From: the human T2T-CHM13v2.0 reference genome, Homo sapiens
Direction: 5' to 3' (one strand)
Assembly: GCF_009914755.1 (NCBI RefSeq)
Contig: NC_060934.1
Length of the DNA: 64,000 nt
The position numbers and the translations under genes were made by a program. Shown here in pieces: positions 1-17,504 of the stretch. A model generated the notes under the pieces. It was given only the letters and a program-made list of their open reading frames with translations. It was not told the DNA's origin and did no database searches. Position 1 is the first letter of the stretch; every line of letters begins with the position of its first letter.

Positions 1-807
1 GTGAAAATGGTAAATGGCAGAAAACTAATCATCCCATGTAGAGTATCTGAAGAATTACTTTAGAATAAGGCTCTGGAGCTATGATGGAATAGCCTGCAGA
101 AGGCAGATACTCCTACTGAGAACAATTAAAAAGCTGGATAGGATACAAAAAAAAGTGCTTGAAGGCATCAGAGAGTTACTGAAGCGACTAGGATTTGAGG
201 GTACAAGAGCTCAGAGAGAAGAAAACCTTTAAGAAGATAACATCTGTAACTGCTTTTTATCCTCAGGGCGTTTGACTATTCTTGGTATTGAGCAAATAGT
301 TGAGTAGCCTGGTGTAGAGCCAGGAAGATGTTTGCAGCTAAGAGAGAGAGAAGCCAGCAGAGTCTGGCAATTTCATGGAATGGGAGGGACAAAAATTAAA
401 GTTTGGGGATATGAATGTCAGAGGTGTTTGAACCAGAGCACTCCATCTTGAATAGGGGCTGGGTAAAACAAGACTGAGACCTACTGAGCTGCAGTCCCAG
501 GAGGTTAGGTGTTCTTAGCCACAGGATGAGATAGGAGGTTGGCACAAGACACAGGTCACAAAGACCTTGCTGATAAAACAGGATGTGGTAAAGAAACTGG
601 CCAAAACACACCAAAATCAAGATGGCAATGAAAGTGACTTCTGGTCGTCCTGGCTGCTCATTATATGCTAATTATAATGTATTAGCAGGCTAAAAGACAC
701 ACCTACCAGTGCCATGACAGTTTACAAATGCCATGGAAATGTGGGGAAGTTACCCTATATAGTCTAAAAAGGGGAGGAATCCTCATTTCTTGAAATTGCC
801 CACCCCT

Positions 808-816
808 TTCCCAGAA
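808..816 (+). promoter_or_regulatory. GAS (STAT1) motif TTCCCAGAA in MER41B
   Basis: Exact TTCN3GAA at the position of the second MER41B GAS site; the first site (787-795, TTCTTGAAA) is degenerate. Function untested. Confidence 0.55.
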
Positions 817-960
817 AACTCATGAATAATCCACCACTTGTTTAGCATATAATCAAGAAATAACTATAAGTAGACTCAGTTCAGCAGCCCATGCCGCTGC
901 TCTGCCTACGGGGTAGTCATTTTTTGTTTCTTAACTTTCTGAATAAACTTGCTTTCATTT

Positions 961-1501
961 TGTTACAGGGAAGGGGCCCCAGTCCAGACCCCAAGAGAGG
1001 GTTCTTGGATCACACGCAACAAAGAATCTAGGGCAAGTCTGTAAAGTGAAAGCAAGTTTATTAAGAAAGTAAAGAAATAAAAGAATGGCTACTCCATAGA
1101 GCAGCCCTGAGGGCTGCTGTTTGCCCATTTTTATGGTTATTTCTTGATGATATGCTAAACAAGGGGTGGATTATTTATGCCTTCCCTTTTTAGACCATAT
1201 AGGATAACTTCTTGATGTTGCCATGGCGTCTGGAAACTGTCATGGCGCTGGTGGGAGCGTGGCAGTGAGGGCAACCAGAGGTCACTCTCGTGGCCATCTT
1301 GGTTTTTTGGGTTTGGGCTGGCTTCTTTACTGCAACCTATTTTATTTGCAAGGTCTTTATGACCTGTATCTTGTGCTGACCTATCTCATCCTGTGACTTA
1401 GAATGCCTTAACTGCCTGGGAATGCAGCCCAGTAGGTTTCAGCCTCATTTTACCCAGCTCCTATTTAAGATAGAGTTGCTCTGGTTCAAATGCCTCTGAG
1501 A
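961..1501 (-). mobile_element. MER41A solo LTR nested antisense in MER41B
   Basis: Reverse complement of a complete MER41 LTR (TGTTACAGGGAAGGGG... to ...TCAAATGCCTCTGAGA) lacking the MER41B extra segments. Imperfect (A)(C)TTT TSD. Confidence 0.88.
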
Positions 1502-2749
1502 ACTTTACTGTGTGGACTTACCCCAGATTCTTTCTTGCAAGGTCCAAGAACCCTCTCTTGGGGTCTGGATTGGGACCCCTTTCTGGTAACATGAATACAG
1601 CCAGAATATGGGGCGAAGGCAAGATCCTGGTGAAAAGAGAGGCATAGAAAATTAAGACCAGCGGCCAGTTTTGTCCTTCAGGCATTTGCCAAATTCCTAA
1701 ATGCAAAGTTTAAAAGTAAGCAGAATGCTCATGGAAGTCAGAGTGGCGTCTTTCGCCACTGAAAGACTTTTACCATTTCATAGTGCCAAGAAGACAAAAA
1801 TTACACTTCAGAATCCACTAAAAGGAGGGCCTTTGTAAAACCACTCAGACAGCTACAGGCTAGGGGTAGAAGTGAACCAGAGAAAATAAAACTTTATAAA
1901 AACTGTAACTCAAATTAAGTCAGCTCAGTCCCTAATTGGATGCAGATGACATGCCCACGCTTTGTGTACCAGAGGTAGAGGGAAGCTCATTTAGGGGACG
2001 ATAATACCTCTGGGTACTCTGTATTTTATCATATAAAATGTCCAACAATCCATCAAAAATTAATAGGTATTCCCATAATTAGTTCTAAGAGGGGGAAAAA
2101 AGACAATAGGAAAAAACCATGGATGATCTAGATTTTGGAGTTATAAAACATATAGTTAAAGTAGCTGTAATCAATAGTTTCAAGAAAGTAAAGTGAAGAA
2201 TTTCATTAAAGAAGTGAAAATTTAATTATTGAAAAATGAAATATTTAAAATTCAGTAGATGAGTTTAATTACATTGCACATAGCAGAAAATAAGATAAAT
2301 ATACTGGTCAGTGGAAATGTTCTGGCTGAAGCACAGAAAGATAAAAAGATAGAAAATACACAAAAAAGGTTAAGAGACATCTAAGATATGGTGAGAAAGT
2401 CTGACGTGAATTGAAATTCTAAGGGTGAAGGAAAGTGATGCCAGGGCAAAAGCAATATTTAGGAAACAATGGCTGAGTCTTTCCTAAAAATGTAAAAGGA
2501 AGGAAATCTTGCTACAGATTGAAGAATCTTTATAACTCCAAGCATGAAAAGTATTAATACTAAGAAAAAAAATACTTCAGCACATTATAATAAAATTGTT
2601 TAAAACCATGGACAAAGAGAAATTCTGAAAAACTTCTAGAGAAAAAGAAGACATTACCTGAAAAAGAATATCCATAAGACAGAGCTATTTTCTCAAAAGA
2701 AATGGATGAAATTAGAACTCAATGGAAATAGACCTTTAAAACAAACAGC

Positions 2750-2774
2750 ACAAACACACACACACACACACACA
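2750..2774. repeat. (CA)n microsatellite
   Basis: Direct reading. Confidence 0.9.
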
Positions 2775-3989
2775 AAACAGAAAACCAGCCACTGACCTAG
2801 AATTCTGAATGTACCAATAATATTCTTCAAAAGATAAGGCATATTAAAGAATTTCTATGCAAACAAAAATTAGCTAAATTAAAATTGCCAACATTTATCC
2901 ACTAAAAGAGATACTAACATAGAAAGTAAATAATCCTGGAGATAAAATAAACATGAAAATGAAGGAAGAGCAATGGAGTCAATCACTGAATAAATATAAA
3001 TAAACTGATGATTTTATAATAATTATGTATCCTAAGATTTAAAACATAGAATTAAAATGCATAAAAACAAAAACACAAAGTGGAAGAAGGAATAAGACTC
3101 AAGTGTTTGAAGATCTGGGAATTGGTAAGCATGAGTACTAATTTTATATTAAGTTGTAGTAAGAGAAAAATGCCCAATGTAATCTGTCCAGAGCCTCCGA
3201 AAGAACAATAACAACAACAAAAATGTTTAAAATACACGTACAGGGGAAAATAAAATAATAAAAATAATTGTTTAACCAAAAAGGGGTAAGAAATGAGGAA
3301 AAAAGAAATATAAAAGCTGAGGAAAACAGTGCTAAAAAGAAGAAATAGAATGATGACAAATATAAATATATCAACAATTATGATAAATTCATCAATTAAT
3401 AGACTAAGCTTGACAGACTGAATAAAAGGCAAAATCCACAACATGCTGCTTATGGGGAACATACCTTGTGTATAAAAATACAGAAGGATTAAAAGTAAAA
3501 GAATGGAAAAATATATACCATGTAAATGCTAACCAAAAGGAAAAGTGATATAGATGTACTAATAATAGACAAATTAGAGTTTAAGACAAAATGTAATCTT
3601 AGAAATAAAGAAGAATATTTTACAATGATAAAAGTGTAGTCCCATTAGGAAGATAAAACAATTCCAAATATTTACACATGTAGTAACGTATCTTCAAATT
3701 CTATAAGGCAAATGTTGGAATGGAGAGCTGGACAAATCTATAACCTATAATAAAAATAAAATAATATAGAGTATTTGAAAAAATGATTAAGAAATTTAAA
3801 GTCATAAACATGTAGAAACTTGCATCCACCAATAAAATAGTTCCTATGTGTTTCTAGTGGTAGAATAATGCCTATGTGTTTCTAGTGGACATGAAACATT
3901 AGCAAATTTGACTCTATGTTGTATCATATAGCAAGATTTGGTCATATTTGGTCATATAGAAAGACACTAAACAATATTACCTCATTACT

Positions 3990-5480
3990 TGCATTTCTGC
4001 CCCTTGATTCTTGGCTGTGAGAGAAATATCACTATCTACTGGATGCTGTTTTAGGGCCTGGACAGCCTCATGGAGGGCATTGCTTTAGCCCTGCAAGGTG
4101 TAGCTGAGCCTTCAAAAGGCCATTCCACTGTTGTACCAAACCAAATGATACAGGATGAGGGGAAACACAGTAAGGCCAGTGAATTATATGAGCGTGGGCC
4201 CATTGCCACAAGTTATTTGCTGTGAATGAGTTGTTTGATCAGAAGTAATGTGTACAGAATTACTGCAATAGTGGATAAGACACTCTGCAGTATGACAGGT
4301 TTGGAAGAAACATTGCATTCAGGTAAGGCAAATCCATATCCAAGTGTTTTTACAGTAAGAACAAAGTTACGCCCCTCTATGTGGAAAGTAGTCCGTTTTA
4401 ATCATGCTGCCACTAAGTAGCTGGCTGTTCACCCCAGGAAATGATGTCATATTGGGCGCTTAGTGTTGTTCTCTGCTGCTGGCAGATTGGGCCCTCAGCA
4501 TGACTGTCGCCAAGTTGATCTTAGTGAGTGGAAGTCCACATTCCTCAGCTCATATATATAATCTCCTTCCCTGACACCATGGCCACTTTGTTCATGAACC
4601 CATTGGGTAATGAAAGGCATGGCTGGACAAAGAAGCTGATTGGTATCCATAAAAATGAATCATCTTATCCACTTGATTATCAAAATTCTCCTCTGCTAAA
4701 GTCACCTTTGAGGATCATTTAGATGAAACCAAATATCTTACCATTCTTTGTCCATTCCAATGGATCTATCCTTGTAACTCTTCTTCAGACATTCTTGTCA
4801 CCAATTTTCCAGTCATGTTTCTTCCAGGGGCCCGATTGTCCAGACGAATCACTGGTCACATCTTGTGAATTTGTCTAGATTCATATTTCTGGCCATTTCT
4901 CCTTTCAAGAAAAATGAACTTTGGTATATAACTCAAATTAAAAAAAAAAAAAAAAAGCACGTTGCTCAGCGTTCTGCCTACTGGGAGGATTTCCCTTCAC
5001 CACTGTGTTTCAGGGATGTCCCAGAAAGGGGTGTAGTGCTGCAGTTGTTCACTTTTGGCTATGCTTGCATATCATGCAGCATCTGTAAAGCAGGCCTAGC
5101 TTTCTCTTTCTCAGCCAACTGGTCAAAAAACAAAACAAAACCAAACAAAAACAACAATAACAAAAACTCCACATGAAGCCATAGTTGTAGGCTGGGAAAG
5201 AAAAGGTAATATTATAGGGCTCAGGAAGATTTGGGTCACTTCTTGCAATTTACTTGTAATTCTAGGGCCTGCTTGATCCCAGTATCACCCATACTTCTTC
5301 CATTCAATAACAGAGTGCTGCTGTGCATGCCCAACTTTATGGTGTGGTGGTTCGGACAACACTGTGTTTATGATGGGCAGCCAAGGTCATGTGGTATCTT
5401 GATGGCCTGTGGTTAAGTGTTTATTCTCTCCTAAGGTGCAGGAGCAAGCCAAAAGCTGTTTCTCAGATGGAAAGTATTTA
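3990..5480 (-). mobile_element. ERVL/MaLR-type internal segment with decayed integrase
   Basis: Minus strand near 4325-4350 reads ACACTTGGATATGGATTTGCC, resembling the ERVL integrase DTYSGYGFA motif. Many stops and frameshifts. Confidence 0.65.
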
Positions 5481-5489
5481 TCCACAGAA

Positions 5490-5844
5490 CAGCAGGGCAG
5501 AATTGCTCTCCTTCTGGATACTTTAAGGGAGAATCCATTTTCTTACCTTTTTAAGCTTCTAGATGCCACCTGCATTTCTTGGCTAGTGGCCCTTTCTTTC
5601 ATCTTCAAAGCCAGCAAAATTGTCACAGCTCTTTCTCTGAGCACAGCCAAGAAATGTTCCTTGTTTTCAGGAACACATTTGATTAGATTGGGGCCACTAG
5701 GATAATTCAGGATAATCTCCACATCTCAAGGTCTGTACCCATAATCACATCTACAAATCTCTTTTGCCACAGAAGGTAACATATTCATAAATCATGGGAA
5801 ATAGAGCATGGGCATCTCTGGGGGTCATTATTCTGTCTGCCACA
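5490..5844 (-). mobile_element. MLT1D-like MaLR LTR, 3'-truncated
   Basis: Minus strand begins TGTGGCAGACAGAATAATGACCCCCAGAGATG...GAATATGTTACCTT...GAGATTATCCTG. Confidence 0.75.
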
Positions 5845-6779
5845 GATGCCTACTATCATTTTCTAATCAACATTGTACTGGAGGTCTTAGTCAGTGAAAT
5901 AAGGCTAAATAAATAAATATGCATATGACACAATTATGTACCTAAAAAACCCCCAAACAAGCTTTAGAAATAATAGATATCCTATTAGAAATAGTGAATT
6001 TAACAAAGTCACTTGATAGAAAATAAATATTTAAAAAATCAATTCTACATTTATATAATAGCAACAAACAAGATAAAATAAAAACTTAAAAATTCTGTTT
6101 ACAGTGGTATCAAAAACATTAAAAAACTAAGACTAAATTTAATAAAAGATATGAGAATCTTTTCAATAAAAACTACAAAACATTATTGAGTGATATCAAA
6201 GACTTAAATACATGGAAGTGTATGTAATATATACAGGATTGAATCAATGTGGCAAAGACATTAATTTTCCTCAATTGTAGAATCAATACAATACAACTTA
6301 AAATATGATTTTTTTTTCAGAAATTGACAGTTGATTCAAAAATTCATATAGTAATACAAAGGGCCCTAAGTCAAACAATTTTGAAGAACAAATCTTGAGG
6401 TCTTAAACTGTGAGATATCTACACACATTACTACAAAGCTATAGAAATTGAGATAGTGTGGTATTGACATAAGGCTAGACAAACTGACCATAGAAAAGAA
6501 TGAAGAATCTAGGAGACATACTGTAATGGTAGGGCAGGTAGGATGATGGTTTTTCGATAAATATTGCTGAGTCAACTGGCTAGCCCAATGGAAAAAAATG
6601 TATTTGAATCCATACCTCATATACAGAAAAATCAATTCCAGATAGTTTGTACAACTAAATGTGAAGAGTAAGATGATAAAACTTTTAGCGGTAAATGCAA
6701 GAGAATCTTATATGATTACCATAGGGTTGTCAAAGAATCCCTAAAAAAGACACAAAAGCATGAGCCATAAAAATAAATG

Positions 6780-10143
<3,364 letters not shown>

Positions 10144-10923
10144 TATATCAAAATGAAGGAATTCTGTTCATAAGAACACATAATTAAATGAGTGAAGAGG
10201 CAACAGAGTGGAAGAAGATATTCATGAATACATAAAGAAATCCTAGACGTCAAAAAGAAACTGATAATGTAATTTAAAAAATGAACAAAAAATTTCACCA
10301 GATACTTCACTAAGAGAATACTCAAATGGCTAATTAACAGATGAAAAAAAATCAACTTCATTAATCACAAGGGAATGTAAATTAAAGTCATATAATCATT
10401 CTACAGCATACTCATCTTAATGTCTAAAATGGAAAGCATGAAAAATGCTAATTGTTGGTCATGATATGGAAAATCTAGAACTCTCATCGCTACTAGTGGC
10501 AGTATACTTATTTTGAAAAATTGGCAGCATCAGTAAAAGCTGACCATATGCATACGTGTGATCTAGCAATTCCATGACCGAATATATGCCCAAGAAAAAT
10601 GTGTAATATAGTTATCCAAAACATGTGCAGTCAGCCGTGTTATAATGTAACACACATGTCCATAAAAACCACATTATGCAAAAGCATACAGTAAAAATCA
10701 CAGGGATTGTGGAAAAAATACATTTATAAACAAAACACTCAAAAGTGTAATCGGTGACCCGTAAAGAAGATGAAAACCTATTAAAAATGGTAGTGCAATT
10801 TTATATATGTTAAATGGCTTAACAAATACATAAATGCTATAATAAATAAGACCTGAAGTTTCCTTTTGAAAGTGGACATCAAGCATTGCAGCTTGTGAAT
10901 TATTATGAAAAGGTAGAAGGGGG

Positions 10924-11383
10924 TGTATTACTTTCCGATGGCTACTGTGACAAATTACCACAAACTTGGTGGCTTAAAACAACAGAAGTTTATTCTCTCA
11001 TGGTATTGGTGCTGGACACCAGAGGTCCAGAAGCTAGGCGTTTGCAGGGTTGCACTCTCTCTGAAGGCTTTAGGGGAGAAACACTTCTTGTCTCTCCCTG
11101 CTCTAGTGGTTCTGGGGATCCTTTGGTTTATGGTTGCTTCCTTCCAATCTCTGCCTCCATCTTCATATTGACCATCCCTTCTCCCTGTCTTCTTCTCTTT
11201 TTTTCTTTTATAAGGCTGGATTATTGGATTTAGGCCCACCTGACTAATCCTGAATGATTTCGTCTTGAGATCTTTCATTTAGTTACATCTGCAAAGACTT
11301 TGTCTACATAAGGTCATAGTCACAAGTTCTGGGGTTTAGGACATGAATATATTTCTTTTGAGGCCACCATTCAATCTATTATA
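10924..11383 (-). mobile_element. MLT1B/C-like MaLR solo LTR
   Basis: TGTATTACTTTCC...ACAAATTACCACAAACTTGGTGGCTTAAAACAACAG; approximate 5-bp TSD GGGGG/GGCGG. Confidence 0.8.
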
Positions 11384-11676
11384 GGCGGGTTATCAAAATT
11401 TGCAATCTTTTGCAGCCTTAAATCTGGGGTTGTGTTTTTCTGTTTTTGAAATGTAAGTCCTCTGAGGCACGAGTTCATAATAGATGCCTATTTTATCAAA
11501 AACGAACAAAGTGGTTCAAATGCATAGCCACCTTTTTCAATTAAAACTTTAATTTTTCGATCACTGCTGGAAATTATTTTGTGACTTTCTGGTTTGCACT
11601 CTTGGCTTTGTCTGAGAGTTGAAGCCTCTGGAAATTGCTGCATCCATCAAAATACTGACTACTAGCACTAAAATAA

Positions 11677-12048
<372 letters not shown>

Positions 12049-12964
12049 GGTGCTTTCTCTTTGATTATGAGAAAGGTTGTTCCTGATATTTTTCACTGGT
12101 CTTGAGTCCACATGCTCAACAATCTATTTCTTTTATTTATTTAGGCCTTGTTCTTATTGACTTTATAGCATTTGTAGCATTTGAAGTTGTTCCAGCCTTT
12201 CTGGAGATTAAAAAAAGCCAAATTTCTTTCATTTTTATAGTACTATGTCTCATGGTCTATGTGTAGATTCCTTTATGACTATTGCTTGTGAGATATGATA
12301 TGCTCTCTTATTTCTTTTAAAATAACACATAATTTCTAGCTTCTATTTAATACTTAAAACTTATTTTGTATGTTCTCCCTAGCATTCTTGAACCAGGATG
12401 CTTAGAGATGTTTGGGATGTTGAATGTCCATTTTTTTTTAATATAGAAAAGTTCACAATGAAATACAAAATACAACCTTGTAGAATAACACATGTAGTGA
12501 ACTGAGGTAGCTGATAGATGTTTGAGGTGTATGCGTGTGTGTGTTTTCCTCGTTCCTACACGGATTGATTTGGCTGGGTGGAATTTTAAGTGTGCATCTA
12601 GTGCCTCTCACAAACAAAACTGCACATAAGCAAACACAAAACTTGCAGTAAGCATAAGTGTTCTCTAATATACCAGTTGTGTTGAAACAGATTTGTTTCT
12701 AAGCAAGCAGAACTGACTATACTAGAATGTTCACAGCAACACTATTTGTATGAGCCTCAAATTGGAAACTACTCAAGAATGCATCAATGGGAAAATAGGT
12801 AAGTTCATTCTGGTAGACACACAATGCAATACTATATAGCGATGTGAATGATTGATGTGTATTACACATAAAAATATGGACGCATCTTGCAAACATAAAA
12901 TTGAGCAAAAGAAGTCAAATATACAAGCGTATATACTGCATTATTTCACTTACATTAATTTCAT

Positions 12965-13234
12965 TACATCCTCGCTTGTTCCAGAGGGTTGCCTTTAGTT
13001 GTCTTGCACGGAGCACACATATACTTTCCCTGTGGTATATAAGCCTTGGGCCTGGGGATTAACAATGCATAGATCTACCTGTCTTGCAGCTACCCAAGAC
13101 CATGCTTCTGTCTATGAGGCCTCTCAATAAATCATCCAATATGGACAAACTGAAATGGTCTGCCTCCTTCTTCAGTTTCCTGGCTCCTTTGGCATTTGGG
13201 AATTGCTTTGCATATACAGCCCTTTCATGGAACA
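12965..13234 (+). mobile_element. ERV1-class LTR 3' half (MER66-like)
   Basis: TATA box (GGTATATAAG), AATAAA, and end GCATATACAGCCCTTTCATGGAACA; subfamily from recall. Confidence 0.55.
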
Positions 13235-16201
13235 ATCCCCAAAAGAAACCCTGTGCCATTTAGCCATTATCTCTGTCCCCCAGCCCCAGAAAACTGCTAA
13301 TCTATTTTCTATTTCTATCAATTTGCCTATTTTGGACATTTCCTATAAATGGAATTGTACAATATGTGGTCCTTTCGATTGACTTCTTTCACTTAGCATA
13401 AGATTTTCATGGTTCATCTATGTTGTGTCATATATTAGTACTTCAGTCTTTTTTCTATTCTTGAGCCATATTCTATTATATGAATATATCATACTTTGTC
13501 TATTCATCAATTGAAGTGAATTCAGGTTCTTCGAATTTTTTGGCTATTATAAATAGTGCTTCTGTGAATATTTGTGTACAAGTTTCTATGTTTCCATTTC
13601 TCTTGGACATATGTTTCCATTTCTCTTGGAAATATAACTAGGAGTGGAATTGGTTGACCATATGGAAAATTTATGTTTAAGTTTTGATGAACTTCAAGGC
13701 TGTTTTCCAAAGTGAATGCACTGTTTACATCTCCTCTAACAATGTATGAGAGTTCCAGTTTGTCTAACCTCATGACAACTCTTGCTACTCTCCGACTTTT
13801 TAATCCTAGCCATCATAGTGTGTGTGAAGTGGTGTTTCATTGTGATTTGAATTGGCATCTCTCTGATGAGTAATGATGTTGAGTATTTTTAATGTGTTTG
13901 TCGGCCATATGTATATCTTATTTGGAGACATGTCTATTCAGATTCTTAAAATTGGGTTGTCTTTTTACTATCGAGTTGTAAGCATTCTCTAAATACATAT
14001 TCTAAATATAAGTCCCTTGTCAGATATGTTATTTGAATTTTTTTTTCTTCCATTTTGTATTTTTATCTTTCTTGATTGGGCAAAAATGTTTTAAATTTTG
14101 ATGAAGTTCAGTTTGTCAATTTTTTTCTTTGGTTGCTTGTACTTTTGGTGTCACATCTAAGAAACCATTATCAACTCCAAGTTCATTAAGACTTAAGCCT
14201 ATTTTCTTCTAAAGGTTTTATAGTTTTAGCCTTTATATTTTGGTCTGATACCCATTTTGAGTTAGTTTTGTGTATGGTATGAGGTAGGGGCTCAAACTTC
14301 ATTCTTTACCATGTGGACATCCATGCATCCCAGCACCTTTTATTTTAAAAATTACTGCTTCCCAATGAAATGTTTTGACCCCCTTGTTGAAAATGAAGTG
14401 AGCATAAATGTGATTGTTTATTTCTGGTCTCTCAGTTCTGTTCCATTGATCTATATATCTATCCTTATGTCTTGATTACTGTAGCTCTGTAGTATGTTTT
14501 GATATCAGGATGTGTGAATATTCCAATATAGTTCTTTTTCAAGATTGTTGTGGTTTATTCTGGTTATCTTGAATTTCCATATTAATTTTAGGATCAGTTT
14601 GTCAACTTATGCATAAAAGCCAACTGAGATTTTGGTAACAATTGTGTTAAATCTGTAGATGAATTTAAGGAATATGGCCATCTTAACAATTTTAATCCTT
14701 GAAATTGAGAAGTTGCTCCATTTTAAAAGATCTTTAACAATTTCTTTCAACAATATTTTGTAGTTTTCAGAGTATGAGTTTTGCACCATTTTCATTAATT
14801 TATTCCTAAGTGTTTTATTTGCGATGCCATTGTAAATGCAGTTCTTTTCTTAATCTCATTTCCAGATTATTTATTGCCATTTGTATACAACTGGTTTTAA
14901 CATATTAGTCTTGTATCTTGCAACCTTGCTAAACCTGTTTTATAGTTTGAATAGTCTTTTAGTGGATTCCTTAAGAATTTCTATATCCAAGATTATATCA
15001 TCTGCAAACAGGGGTAGTTTTACTTTATTTACCAATTTCCATGCCGTTTAGTTCACTTTCTTGCATAATTTCTCAGGTTAGAACCTCCAGTACGCTTAGT
15101 AAAAGAAGTGAGAGAGTGCATCGTGGTATTTTTTTGATCTTAGGGGGAAAACATTCAGTTTTTTGTAGTCAGGTATAATGGTAACTGGGTTTTTTATAGC
15201 TGCCCTTTATCAGGGTGAGAAAATGCCGTCCCATTTTTATTTTGCTGAGTATTTTTATCATGAAAATGTTGAAATTTGTCAAATACTTTTTTTGTATTAT
15301 GAGATGATTATGTGGGTTTCGTCCTAAACTTTATTGATATCATATATTATCTTTGGATGTTGCGTTCCTGGGATAAATTGGCATTTTATCATGGTGTTTT
15401 TAAAAATATGTCTAAATTTGGTTTATTAGTATCTTATTGAGAATTTTTGTCTGTATTCCTAATACTTATTGGTCTGTAGATTTCTTTTCTTGGGATGTGT
15501 CTGTCTTGTTTTGGTAATACTGGCTTCATGAAACTCTCTTCTTTGGAAGAGTTTAGGAAGAATTGATATTAATTCTTTTTTACATGTCTGGCAAAGTTCA
15601 CCAGTGAAGTCACCTGGGCTTGAATTTTTCTTCGGGTGTTTTGTTTTGATTACTAATTCAATCTCTACTTGCTACAGGTCTATCCAGATTCTCTATTTTT
15701 TCTTGAGTCAGTTTCTGTAGCTTGTATGTTTCTAGGAATTTGTACATTTTATCTAAATTATTTAATGTATTGGCATCCAATTGTTCATAGTATTTCCTTA
15801 TAATCCTCCTTATTTCTATAAGCTTGGTAGTAATATCCCCTGTTTTAGCTCTAAATTTAATAATTTGAGTCATCTTTCTTTCTTTTCATTGTCAGTCTAG
15901 CTGAGTTTGTCATTTAAAAACATATTTTCAAAGAACAACTTTAAAAAAATTCCTTGTTTCTCTATGCTCTGTTTTCCTAAGTTCTAGTTTAATGTTATAA
16001 TTTCTTTCCTTTTGCTTGCTTTACATTTAGTTTGCTCCCCTCTCTCCAGTGTCTTAGGTAGAGAGGTTAGGTTATTGATTTGAGATCTTTTTCAACAAAG
16101 GAGTTTCTAGTTATAAATTTCCCTCTAGTTCTGCTTTAGTTGTATACAGTAAGTTTTGGTTTTGATATGTTGTGTCTTCTTTTTAATTCAGCTGCAAGTA
16201 A

Positions 16202-16358
16202 TTTCTTTTATTTTTTATTTTTAAAAAGTATTTAAAATTTCATAGAGATGAGTTCTCACTGTTGCCCAGGCTGGTTTTGAATTTCTGTCCTCAAGTTATT
16301 CTCTCTCCTTGGCCTCCCAAGGTGCTGGGATTATAGGCATGAGCCACTGCACCTGGCT
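16202..16358 (-). mobile_element. FLAM/AluJ monomer
   Basis: Single Alu arm with T-rich tail. Confidence 0.75.
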
Positions 16359-16436
16359 CAAAGGAATTTCTAATTTCTAATTTTCCTGTGAATTCTTCCT
16401 TGACCTATTGGCTGTTTGATAGTATGTTTTCTAATG

Positions 16437-16437
<1 letters not shown>

Positions 16438-16499
<62 letters not shown>
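16438..16499. repeat. (TG)n(TA)n compound microsatellite
   Basis: Direct reading. Confidence 0.95.
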
Positions 16500-16504
<5 letters not shown>

Positions 16505-16926
16505 AAATTCTCAATTTTCTTTCTGTTACTATTTTCTAATTTTATTCCATTGTTATTGAATAAGACATGTTGTCTGTTTTCAATCTTTTCAAATTTATTG
16601 AGGCTTGTTTTATGGTCCAGCATATGGACTATCCTGGAGAATATTCCATCTGTACTTGAGAATAATACATATACTGCTGTCATTGAGTGTTCTGTAGGAA
16701 GGTATTAGGTATAGTTAGTTTATAGCGTTACTCAGGTTCGATTTCCTTGTTGATCTGTGGCCTATGTGTTCTGTCAATTATTGAAAGTGTAATATTGAAT
16801 TCTCCAACTGCTATTGTTAGATTGTCTATTTCTCCCTTCAATTCTGTGAGTTTTTGCTCTCTGTATTTTGGTGCTGTGTTGTTAGGTACGTACATATTTC
16901 CTATCCAGCCATGGCACAGGCCCTAC

Positions 16927-17230
16927 TGTTTTTTGGGTTTTTTTGTTTTGTTTTTTGAGATGGGGTCTTTCTCTGTCACCCAGGCTGGAGTGCGGGGTAT
17001 AATCATAGCTCACCGCAGTCTCAAATTCCTGGGCTCAAGCAATCCTCCTGCCTTAGCCTCCTGAGTAGCTGGGGGTACAGGATCATGCCCCCACTCCTGG
17101 CTTTTTTTTTCTTTTTTTTTTTTTTTTGTAGAGAAGGAGGTCTCTCAGTGTTGCTCAGGCTGATCTAGAACTTCTGGACTCTCCCACATTGGCCCCACAA
17201 AGTACTGGGATTACAGGCATGAACCCAGGC
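16927..17230 (-). mobile_element. AluJ
   Basis: Diverged dimer with J-type CTGGGCTCAAGCAATCCTCC. Confidence 0.85.
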
Positions 17231-17504
17231 AGTCTTTGCTCTTTACTGAAAAGTATCCACCTCAGTCTCTTGCCTCAGTCTCAGTTTCCTCACCTGTAAC
17301 ATAGGAATCTTAATAGAAATTCCCAAAGAAGGGGAATTTTTGATTTAGGCTGAGCTGGCTGGATCAACAGTTGAAATTCTGGCTTTGTAAGAAGAAGGTC
17401 TTCTAGGATCCCTGTATCCCAAAGTCAATTTGTGTATATTTCTGAAAATATCACAGATGCAGTTGCTCCAACCCTGGGCAAATGAGGCAAGCCAGCTTTC
17501 TGAT

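Larger units (their letters stand above)
416..1591 (+). mobile_element. MER41B solo LTR (ERV1), interrupted at 960/1502
   Basis: Starts TGTCAGAGGTGTTTGAACCAGAGC and ends CCCCTTTCTGGTAACA. 4-bp TSD TGAA (412-415, 1592-1595). Carries the MER41B-type extra segments, including the GAS region. Confidence 0.9.
13235..16900 (-). mobile_element. L1MB-like LINE (3' end and decayed ORF2)
   Basis: T-rich + strand; ORFs 13522-13773, 14607-14795 and 15658-15873 resemble ORF2p. Confidence 0.85.

Noticed and set aside
3843-3888. Short direct duplications here and at 13588-13630, 27257-27298, 44705-44780 and 62236-62280
   Set aside because: Two-copy slippage duplications, not an array or CRISPR-like structure.
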